Part shown: in pieces, positions 9,525 through 16,950 of the stretch
Numbering within the stretch: position 1 is the stretch's first letter
Layout: each line of letters begins with the position of its first letter
NCBI GenBank assembly: GCA_919902995.1
Contig: CAKKSD010000050.1
Span: 14,499 to 78,498, forward strand
Length of the DNA stretch: 64,000 bases
DNA from: Thermodesulfovibrionia bacterium
GTDB lineage: Bacteria > Nitrospirota > Thermodesulfovibrionia > JACRGW01
Direction: 5' to 3'
Made by a program: the position numbers and the translations under genes
Notes under the pieces: generated by a model
Told to the model about the DNA's origin: nothing
The model's database searches: none
Seen by the model: only the letters and a program-made list of their open reading frames with translations

Positions 9525-9809
9525 ATGCCGCCAATTAATGACCATTTAAAGGTAAGTATGGAAAGGACAGGAAAGGATTATAGGGAGGTTCATGAATGGC
9601 TTGATGGAGACCCTGAGAAGAAGGCTGAAAGACATGACATTACAAAGATTCATGAGTATGGAAAGACAATAGAAGAAAAATACGGGAAGGAGGCACTTCA
9701 GGAATATATACAGCACATTCATGACGATGTGAAGGCAAAGTTTAATCACATACAGCATGACTTAGAAAAGGCAGTTACAGATGCGCTGGTATATTTTGGG
9801 GTGAAGTAG
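9525..9809 (+). CDS. Hypothetical small His-rich protein
   Basis: 94 aa with AAGGAGG 6 nt upstream of the ATG. It has many His/Asp/Glu pairs (HEWLDG, HDDV, HIQHD), suggesting metal binding, and sits 18 nt after the ChrB-like gene, so it is likely co-transcribed. Confidence 0.5.
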   Translation: MPPINDHLKVSMERTGKDYREVHEWLDGDPEKKAERHDITKIHEYGKTIEEKYGKEALQEYIQHIHDDVKAKFNHIQHDLEKAVTDALVYFGVK

Positions 9810-9826
9810 CGTAAATTTGTTTAAGT

Positions 9827-9977
9827 GTCATTCCTGCGGAAGCAGGAATCCAGAATAATGTCATTCCGCACTTGATGCGGAATCCAGTTCCTTAATAAGT
9901 AATAGATTCTCTATTATACGGAGACTTCACCTGTAAGCAAAGGAAGGCCACTGGATTCCCACTTTCGTGGGAATGAC
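9827..9977. repeat. Hairpin-repeat cluster (type cluster): three units GTCATTCC-stem-loop-GGAATCCAG, two forward and one inverted
   Basis: Unit 9827-9853 is GTCATTCCTGCGGAAGCAGGAATCCAG. Unit 9860-9887 is GTCATTCCGCACTTGATGCGGAATCCAG. Unit 9951-9977 is CTGGATTCCCACTTTCGTGGGAATGAC. Confidence 0.7.
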
Positions 9978-10003
9978 AAAAACGAGCTCAATCGGAGGAA
10001 ATT

Positions 10004-10558
10004 ATGACTTATAATATTCAAGACTCAGACATTGACCTTCTCAGAAATGCAGGGGTCTCTGAGGACGACATAAAACACTGTGTAAATGTAGCAGAAAAGG
10101 CATTAGAAATTGCAGAACGAACTGGCGCAAATGTTGACCTGGAACTCATCGGTAGGGGTGCCTTATTTCACGACCTCGGCAAAGCAATAACACATGAGAT
10201 TGAACATGGAAAGATCGGTGCCGAGATTGGGAATCATTTAGGACTTTCAAAGGAAATTACAGATATAATGGAGAAACACATCAGGGGAGGACTGACAGAA
10301 GAAGAGGCAAGAGAACTCGGATTGCCTGTAAAAGACTACACCCTCAGGACATTAGAAGAAAGGATTGTGATTTACTCTGACAGACTTGCAGATATAATCA
10401 TGGATGGCATTGTTGATATTAGAGGGGATGAACTGGAGGCTGAAAGGAGATTTGAGGAGATACTCATGGAATATCCGAAATACGGAAAGAATGAAAAAAC
10501 CCTGAATCGGTATATTGTATATCACAGGGAGATGCAGGGGTTGATGGGTAGCAAATAA
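10004..10558 (+). CDS. HD-domain (HDIG-type) metal-dependent phosphohydrolase
   Basis: 184 aa with the HD motif in LFHDLGK and downstream His/Asp residues. It is flanked on both sides by repeat clusters. Confidence 0.7.
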   Translation: MTYNIQDSDIDLLRNAGVSEDDIKHCVNVAEKALEIAERTGANVDLELIGRGALFHDLGKAITHEIEHGKIGAEIGNHLGLSKEITDIMEKHIRGGLTEEEARELGLPVKDYTLRTLEERIVIYSDRLADIIMDGIVDIRGDELEAERRFEEILMEYPKYGKNEKTLNRYIVYHREMQGLMGSK

Positions 10559-10573
10559 CGCTTAGCACAAAAT

Positions 10574-10676
10574 GTCATTGCGAGGAGTTCCGATTTATCG
10601 GAACGACGAAGCAATCTCAAAGCGTTACGAGTTACGACTTAAGAAAGAGATTGCTTCGCCTTCGGCTCGCAATGAC
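10574..10676. repeat. Nested inverted-repeat element (about 103 bp, MITE-like or structured RNA) with terminal IR GTCATTGCGAG/CTCGCAATGAC
   Basis: The outer IR is 10574-10584 against 10666-10676. The inner IR GAAGCAATCTC/GAGATTGCTTC is 10608-10618 against 10647-10657. Internal hairpins are GTTCCGATttatCGGAAC and GCCTTCGGC, with a tandem GTTACGA GTTACGA. Confidence 0.6.
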
Positions 10677-10694
10677 AGAAAGAAGCATTCATAG

Positions 10695-11993
10695 ATGAAA
10701 TTCAGTCCCTTCATACTACTCTGTACCACTGGCCTCTTCGCCATATTCAGTTCCACTATCTCAAAGAGTCCTGTATTGCCATTGTTTGCCTCTCATCTTG
10801 GAGCTGAGCCTTCTGGTGTTGGAATCATCGCCTCTACATCAGCATTCACAGGTATCATTGCAAGCATACCTGCGGGCATACTCTCTGATAGATTCGGAAG
10901 AAAAAGGATGCTGATCCTTTCTGCTGTAGTATTTGCGACTGCCCCCTTCCTTTATCTTTTAGTCACAGAGATTTGGCAACTCGTATTGATCAGGTTCTAT
11001 CACGGCCTTTCAACAGCCATATTCATTCCTGTCTCAATGGCCCTGGTATCAGATCTCTTTCATAAAGAGCGAGGAGAAAAAATAGGATGGTTTTCAACAT
11101 CGACACTCGTTGGAAGGTTTATCGCTCCTGTTGCAGGAGGCAGCATCATCGGCCTGCTAACTTTTAATCCAGATATGAGTTATAAGGTTGTTTATATTGT
11201 ATGCGGGATTGCAGGTGTAATCACCTTACTGCTAACACTGAGGATACCTGCTTTTGGAGATACTGCAACTACAAATCGTCATTCCCACGAAAGTGGGAAT
11301 CCAGACGCCGTCCCTGCGAAAGCAGGGAACTATAAAGATCTGGATTCCTGCTTCCGCAGGAACGACACAGAAATACTAAAACAGTCATCTCAGTCTTGGA
11401 AAGAGACTTTAAAGGCATTCAAGTCAGTAATATCAAATAGGGCTATTCTTATTACCGCTATTGTTGAGGCATCTATACTCTTTGCCTACGGGACATTTGA
11501 AACCTTTCTCCCCCTCTATGTAATAAATATAGGTCTTAGTGCATATGAAATCGGAATATTCCTCTCAGCACAGGTAATTACACTTGCAGTAACAAAACCG
11601 ATTATGGGAAGATTCTCTGACAGACATGGAAGAGGTCCGCAGATATTTGCGGGTGCCATAATCGGAGCAGTCTGCATCGGAAGCTTTTCTCTTTTCAGAT
11701 CTTTTATACCCCTTCTTGCCTTGAGTGTATTATTCGGTCTGAGCCTATCTGTTGTAACATCAGCCACATCTGCCTTTATCGCTGACCTCAGCAGACGTGA
11801 GACCCATGGTTCTGCAATGGGGATTTTGGGATCGATAATGGACATAGGCCATACAGCAGGCCCTCTTGTTTCTGGGATAGTGGCTACCTATTTAGGTTTC
11901 GGCAAGGCATTTATAGTGGCGTCGTTAATCCTTGTAGCAGTAGCCTGCATATTCTTAGCAAAAACCTCTCAACCCAAAAATTTCCTTATGTGA
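10695..11993 (+). CDS. MFS transporter
   Basis: 432 aa with 12 predicted TMs. An MFS loop 2-3 motif (SDRFGRKRM) is present, and a second copy (GRFSDRHGRG) follows TM8. Confidence 0.8.
   Translation: MKFSPFILLCTTGLFAIFSSTISKSPVLPLFASHLGAEPSGVGIIASTSAFTGIIASIPAGILSDRFGRKRMLILSAVVFATAPFLYLLVTEIWQLVLIRFYHGLSTAIFIPVSMALVSDLFHKERGEKIGWFSTSTLVGRFIAPVAGGSIIGLLTFNPDMSYKVVYIVCGIAGVITLLLTLRIPAFGDTATTNRHSHESGNPDAVPAKAGNYKDLDSCFRRNDTEILKQSSQSWKETLKAFKSVISNRAILITAIVEASILFAYGTFETFLPLYVINIGLSAYEIGIFLSAQVITLAVTKPIMGRFSDRHGRGPQIFAGAIIGAVCIGSFSLFRSFIPLLALSVLFGLSLSVVTSATSAFIADLSRRETHGSAMGILGSIMDIGHTAGPLVSGIVATYLGFGKAFIVASLILVAVACIFLAKTSQPKNFLM
11280..11368. repeat. Hairpin-repeat cluster embedded in frame inside the MFS transporter central loop
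   Basis: GTCATTCCCACGAAAGTGGGAATCCAG at 11280-11306, GTCCCTGCGAAAGCAGGGAAC at 11312-11332 and CTGGATTCCTGCTTCCGCAGGAACGAC at 11342-11368. Together they encode ...RHSHESGNPDAVPAKAGNYKDLDSCFRRND... without a stop. Confidence 0.65.
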
Positions 11994-13429
11994 GCTGCCT
12001 CTACAAGCATGCTCGGTATATTAGCATTGTCCTTTTCCTTAAAAGCCTTGATAATCCTTGACGTAATAGAATTATGTTCAAGGTTTACATTGTAATTACA
12101 CCAATCCAGTTTAAGGGATTTTTTAACCTCATCAGGCAGTATTGTGAGCACATCCTCATTGAAAAATGACATTGCTGTTTTCATATCGAACATAAAATTA
12201 ACATGCATGTCTTTCATGCAACTAATATCTTCAGAATTGAGCACATTCAAACCGAGAATTTCCGGGGGAAGTCCTATGGAATAACATGAGGCACAGAAGC
12301 TTATAACTCGAGGTAGCCTTACCTTTCCTACACTCCTTGCATATCCGAAAAGGCCAACATGAAGTTTACGCATTCTCCTTTTTGGCACAAAGCTGGCTAT
12401 ATGATTGATGATTGGGGCGAGATGCTCTATCATTCTTTTATATTCAACGGATACCTTATCTATAATCTCAATACATTTACCTTCATCCAGTTCCTGTCCT
12501 CTCTTCATAGGTGAGGTCTTTAACTTATTAATAGCAGCAATTACATCAGGAACAGGGTTATCATACTTAAATGCTGATTGCGCAGTGAATGTCTGGACAT
12601 CAGGATATTCTTCCAATACATTAGCAATAGTATAGGGAGAAAGATGTCCTCTGAAAGGTGCCGTACCAGCGCCAAGTATCGGATATATATTAACCCCTGT
12701 TTCTTCAGAAAGTCTTCTTAAACGTCGCAGTGCAATTTTGTTGCAAAGAATAGCGCTTACCATTCCATAGTTCATAGCAGGATCTGACCTTGCTAAAAAT
12801 ACCCTCTGGTGTTTTATATCTTTGTCTTTAAGATATTCTCCCATAATATTATGCGCCTCAAGCATATGCACCTTATCTTCAAAAAGTGGTATCACATTTA
12901 TTGATTCAGGTTTACACTCACCTATCCATTCAGATATGGTAATATCGCCTTGATAAAATGGTTGGTTTTGTTTTCCTACAACAAAGTCCTTGTAATAGTA
13001 GTAAACCCTGTTCAGACTTTGGTGGGACATCGTCATAGGAAGAATGACCTCAAAGATAGGTGGAACTTCCTTTCCATAAAAAAGTCTTGCGGCATCACAG
13101 GAACGGGGAATACTTTCAAGGGTCTCTATTAGAACCTTCGCTTCTTCTTTTTCTATATCAGGATTTGGAACCCTCACCGTAAGAAATACATCTTCTCCGA
13201 GTTTTGTATTCTTAAAATAATGTTCATATTTAGTTAGAAGCTTTCGTACCACAAAAGCATCGACCTCTTTACCTTCAGAGTCCCACATCTGTTCATCACA
13301 TCCAAGATGGGAAAAGGCATAATACGCTTCCTGAACCTCATCATCTCCTGACATGTCAGGACTTTCTGCAAAAAATGGTAAAAGGACATTGTCAGGGTGT
13401 TGGGTTGACATTACCCTCGGTATCTTCAT
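11969..13429 (-). CDS. ppcA: Archaeal-type phosphoenolpyruvate carboxylase (PpcA)
   Basis: 486 aa. The N-terminus MKIPRVMSTQHPDN is the hallmark of atPEPC, and the length and overall profile fit that family. Confidence 0.75.
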   Translation of the reverse strand: MKIPRVMSTQHPDNVLLPFFAESPDMSGDDEVQEAYYAFSHLGCDEQMWDSEGKEVDAFVVRKLLTKYEHYFKNTKLGEDVFLTVRVPNPDIEKEEAKVLIETLESIPRSCDAARLFYGKEVPPIFEVILPMTMSHQSLNRVYYYYKDFVVGKQNQPFYQGDITISEWIGECKPESINVIPLFEDKVHMLEAHNIMGEYLKDKDIKHQRVFLARSDPAMNYGMVSAILCNKIALRRLRRLSEETGVNIYPILGAGTAPFRGHLSPYTIANVLEEYPDVQTFTAQSAFKYDNPVPDVIAAINKLKTSPMKRGQELDEGKCIEIIDKVSVEYKRMIEHLAPIINHIASFVPKRRMRKLHVGLFGYARSVGKVRLPRVISFCASCYSIGLPPEILGLNVLNSEDISCMKDMHVNFMFDMKTAMSFFNEDVLTILPDEVKKSLKLDWCNYNVNLEHNSITSRIIKAFKEKDNANIPSMLVEAAHIRKFLG

Positions 13430-13501
13430 TATTTTAACCTCAAATCTAAATAAAAGATCTTTACTACAATAAACATTAAACTGTCAATCGTGGATAAAGT
13501 A

Positions 13502-14509
13502 TTAAGAGCTTCTTAGTATATAAAGTAATATCAGATTTATCAAATATATCAACAATATCCCTATAGAATCCCATGCTAAGAGTAATCGCTTCTTCTCGGC
13601 ACGGTAGGTCAGACCGATAATTGCAATCGTAATCATGGCAATGGCTGACAAAGCAGATATTATATGATTTGGACTAACAAAGGAAAGAATCGGACCTTTA
13701 GTAAAAAAGATATCGTCAATGGCAAGGATGAAGATATTAAATATATTGCTTCCAAAGAGATTGCCTATTGCAAGGTCTATTGCATCCATTTTCACTGCTG
13801 CAAAGGAAACAACAACCTCCGGAAGTGATGTAGAAAGGGCTATAAAGATATTGCCTACAAATGTCTGTCCAAGACCAGTCGTTTCTGCAATGCCTTTACC
13901 TATCTTTGGTAGAAAAGTGGCAGCAACTATAATAAAGACAGCATTTATGCTATAGTTTATAATAGCAGTCTTAGTTGAGACATTCCCGTATTTCAATACA
14001 ACCTCCATCTCTTTCATAAATAAAGATATCTGCCTTTTTTCGTAGGTATAAATTAATCTCATAGCAATGAAATAGACAATAATGAAAAATAGTGTGTAAG
14101 AACCGATCCAGCCAAATGGTAAAATTCGGATTCCAAAAAACATGCTTATTCCAACAACTGATAAAAGCAGTATCCCAAATCCGGCAGAGATTACATGGCC
14201 ATGATGTGCCCTGGTAGATATAGGGGCTGGACGATAAATAGCATCAAGAAAAGCAAGGATAAGCATATTGAACACACAGCTTCCAAGCACATCTCCTACT
14301 GCGATGTCAGGTACACCAGCATAGGTAACAGAGCTTATCCCTGTAACAAGTTCAGGGAGGGATGTAACAGATGCCATGAGGACCACACCTATCCATGTTC
14401 TGCCAAGACCAGATTTTTCGGCAATGATATCACCGTATTTTGAAAGCCTTGTTCCTGAATAAAATATTACAGATGTACATACTATAAATCCTATCCAGAG
14501 GAGCATCAC
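13502..14509 (-). CDS. Sodium/calcium exchanger family (CaCA, YrbG-like) membrane protein
   Basis: 335 aa with two alpha-repeat regions carrying GSS/GNxxG-type motifs (LPELVTGISSV ... GNLFGSNIFNI). Confidence 0.8.
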   Translation of the reverse strand: MMLLWIGFIVCTSVIFYSGTRLSKYGDIIAEKSGLGRTWIGVVLMASVTSLPELVTGISSVTYAGVPDIAVGDVLGSCVFNMLILAFLDAIYRPAPISTRAHHGHVISAGFGILLLSVVGISMFFGIRILPFGWIGSYTLFFIIVYFIAMRLIYTYEKRQISLFMKEMEVVLKYGNVSTKTAIINYSINAVFIIVAATFLPKIGKGIAETTGLGQTFVGNIFIALSTSLPEVVVSFAAVKMDAIDLAIGNLFGSNIFNIFILAIDDIFFTKGPILSFVSPNHIISALSAIAMITIAIIGLTYRAEKKRLLLAWDSIGILLIYLINLILLYILRSS

Positions 14510-16491
14510 ACCTCATCCCTGAAATATTTCATTGCCACATCCATATTCTTCTTTTCACCTGTAAATATTATAATATCTCCTTCTTTGAACCTGAAATCTG
14601 GTTCAGGGTTTGTAAAAACATTCGTGCCTCTCCTTACGGCTATGATTGTAACCCCGGTTATTTTCCTTACCTGAAGCTCTGCTATACTTCTCCTCACTAA
14701 ATGTGAATCCTCAGATACTTTATAGCCATCCACTTTAATTTCAGGAAGCCATTCATATTTTTCAAAAACATGCCTCCTTGGAAGTTCCACTTTTCTCAAC
14801 ATTGTATAACTATCACTCCTCACCTTATCAACCATATCAAGTATAATATTATTCGGGAAATTGTACTTATGAAGGACCCTTGAAAATATCTCTACCGATG
14901 TCTCAAACTCCTCAGGTATCACTTCATCTGCACCGAGTTCCCTCAGGTCATCTACCTCAACAAGGTATCTTGTCCTTACGATGATATAGATATCCGGGTT
15001 TTCATGTCTTGCAATAGCCACAATCCTCCTTGCGGAAGCAGGGTCTGATATGGCTATAACAAGTAGCCTTGCCTTTTCAATGCCGAGTTTATGAAGTATC
15101 TCTTTGGATGTCCCGTCACCATAATATATCGGCTCTCCTTTTTTCCTCATCTCTTTTACTGTATCGCTATTCATCTCAAGCACAACATAATGGACATCAG
15201 CCTCTTTCAATACCCTTGCAAGGTTCCTCCCGTTAAGTCCAAAACCGATAATTATTACATGGTCCTGTCTTTTCCGTGGGAAACCTTCTCTTTCTGAAAT
15301 CATTTTAAGTCTGCTAACCCTTTTCAATAGATGCCTCGATGTTATCCAGCCAGATATTGAAGGTGCAACATTCAGGACAAAGGGCGTAATCATCATCGTT
15401 AAGACTGAAGATGAAAGGAAAATCTGATAGAATTCTTCTGTTATAATACTCAATGCCTTTCCTGCAATTGCAAGTACAAAAGAAAACTCTCCGATCTGAG
15501 CAAGTCCGAGACCTGTATGGATAGAAGTCCTCAGCGGGCTTCCTATCATCAGGGCAGAAAACATGCCGGTTATTACCTTGAGTCCAAATATTAGTACAAC
15601 AGCAAGGCCTATCTTGAAAAGATTATCAGAGACATAACCTATATCCATTAGCATTCCGACAGAAACAAAAAAAAGGCCTATGAAGCTGTCCTTAAACGGC
15701 ATTATATCCGCTGTTGCCTGATGTGCATACTCTGATTCTGATACTATAAGGCCGGCTAAAAATGCTCCAAGCGCCAAAGAAAGGCCAAACCTTGAGGTTA
15801 AGAGTGCTATGCCGAGGCAGAGGAGTATTATTGTGGTTATAAAAAGCTCCCGGCTTTTCGTATGCACAACCTGGTGAAGGAGTCTCGGGACCAGCCATCT
15901 TGCACTGAGAAGTACAACCGCTATAATCAAAGCAGCCTTCCCCATTTTGATTGCAACCTCCATTATGTCTATCCCCTCTCCCGACAAGGCTGGAGTAAGT
16001 AGCATTAGAGGCACAACACAGAGATCCTGAAAAATAATTATTCCTACCATTATCCGCCCGTGTGGGGAATCTGTTTCACCTTTTTCAGCAAGTAACTTGA
16101 AGACAATTGCGGTACTGCTCAATGCAACAAGAAACCCGAAGAAAACAGACCTATTGATGTTCCCTGTCACAAAATAGAAAGCGATAGCTGATAGACTTAT
16201 AGTAAACAATACCTGTATGCCACCGCCTCCTATCACAGTCTTCCTCATCCTTAAGAGTTTTGCCATGGAGAACTCGATGCCAATGATGAAAAGAAGAAGT
16301 ATTACACCAATTTCGGCAAGCAACTCAACAGAATGGGTATCTTTTACAATTCCTATACCATGAGGACCTATGATGGCACCTGCAACAAGAAAGCCTACAA
16401 TGGAGGGTATCTTCAACCTATGGAGTAAAAATACTACTAAGGCAGAGACACCGAAGATAATAACCAGCGATTTTAAAAATTCGGATTCCAT
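14506..16491 (-). CDS. Kef-type monovalent cation:proton antiporter (CPA2) with C-terminal TrkA-N/TrkA-C (RCK) domains
   Basis: 661 aa with a membrane domain, a Rossmann motif IIIGFGLNGRNLA, and a C-terminal RCK_C. Its stop overlaps the CaCA start (ATGA), so the two genes are translationally coupled. Confidence 0.8.
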   Translation of the reverse strand: MESEFLKSLVIIFGVSALVVFLLHRLKIPSIVGFLVAGAIIGPHGIGIVKDTHSVELLAEIGVILLLFIIGIEFSMAKLLRMRKTVIGGGGIQVLFTISLSAIAFYFVTGNINRSVFFGFLVALSSTAIVFKLLAEKGETDSPHGRIMVGIIIFQDLCVVPLMLLTPALSGEGIDIMEVAIKMGKAALIIAVVLLSARWLVPRLLHQVVHTKSRELFITTIILLCLGIALLTSRFGLSLALGAFLAGLIVSESEYAHQATADIMPFKDSFIGLFFVSVGMLMDIGYVSDNLFKIGLAVVLIFGLKVITGMFSALMIGSPLRTSIHTGLGLAQIGEFSFVLAIAGKALSIITEEFYQIFLSSSVLTMMITPFVLNVAPSISGWITSRHLLKRVSRLKMISEREGFPRKRQDHVIIIGFGLNGRNLARVLKEADVHYVVLEMNSDTVKEMRKKGEPIYYGDGTSKEILHKLGIEKARLLVIAISDPASARRIVAIARHENPDIYIIVRTRYLVEVDDLRELGADEVIPEEFETSVEIFSRVLHKYNFPNNIILDMVDKVRSDSYTMLRKVELPRRHVFEKYEWLPEIKVDGYKVSEDSHLVRRSIAELQVRKITGVTIIAVRRGTNVFTNPEPDFRFKEGDIIIFTGEKKNMDVAMKYFRDEV

Positions 16492-16512
16492 GTTATTATA
16501 GTAGCATAAATC

Positions 16513-16659
16513 ATGTTCTACTTTTATGCAATTTGGTCAGCAATCCTTAATTCTTACAGAAAATGCCCTATATGCAGAAGGATTCAACACTTTAAAGGCA
16601 AAAAGAAGGGAGATAGTGTCAGATGTAAAAAATGCGGCTATCAGTTTGTGCTGAAATAA
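16513..16659 (+). CDS. Candidate small zinc-ribbon protein (48 aa, CxxC...CxxC)
   Basis: The ORF MFYFYAIWSAILNSYRKCPICRRIQHFKGKKKGDSVRCKKCGYQFVLK is followed by an intrinsic terminator. It is below the ORF-track length cutoff. Confidence 0.3.
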   Translation: MFYFYAIWSAILNSYRKCPICRRIQHFKGKKKGDSVRCKKCGYQFVLK

Positions 16660-16689
16660 CTTACTCTTCACCTTTCATTAAATTTATAT

Positions 16690-16726
16690 GCCCCGCTGCT
16701 TTCAGCGGGTGGGAAACCTTTTTTTA
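16690..16726 (+). terminator. Rho-independent terminator-like hairpin plus T7 run
   Basis: CCCGCTG-ctttc-CAGCGGG followed by tgggaaaccTTTTTTT. Confidence 0.45.
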
Positions 16727-16731
16727 GTTTT

Positions 16732-16824
16732 GTCATTCCCGTGAAACTTGTCCTCGACTGCGATCGGGGAACGGGAATCCAGAGACATACAAAATACTGG
16801 ATTCCGCATCAAGTGCGGAATGAC
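16732..16824. repeat. Hairpin-repeat cluster: a long unit (51 bp) plus an inverted unit identical to the reverse complement of unit 9860-9887
   Basis: GTCATTCCCGT...ACGGGAATCCAG spans 16732-16782. CTGGATTCCGCATCAAGTGCGGAATGAC spans 16797-16824 and is the exact reverse complement of 9860-9887. Confidence 0.7.
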
Positions 16825-16924
16825 GACGGTGTTTGTTTTTTAGTTCATGATACCCCACTGCTTGCTGCGAGGAGGTTCATTGTAAATCGTAATAATACAT
16901 AGTTCTATGCTGAATGGGATCTCT

Positions 16925-16950
16925 TATAAATCCTATCCAGAGAAGCACTA
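16925..16950 (-). other. Duplicated fragment of the CaCA gene 5' end (about 30 bp direct repeat with 14483-14516)
   Basis: tataaatcctatccagagAagca... matches the sequence at 14483. On the minus strand it encodes VLLWIGFI..., matching the CaCA N-terminus MMLLWIGFIV, then diverges and stops after 23 codons. Confidence 0.45.

Noticed and set aside
9827-9977. Could the GTCATTCC...GGAATCCAG repeats be a CRISPR array?
   Set aside because: Units are individually palindromic, have variable internal stems, occur in mixed orientation with irregular spacing (7 to 63 bp), and lack unique spacer-like intervening sequences of constant length. No cas genes are in the window. They are better described as REP/MITE-like hairpins.
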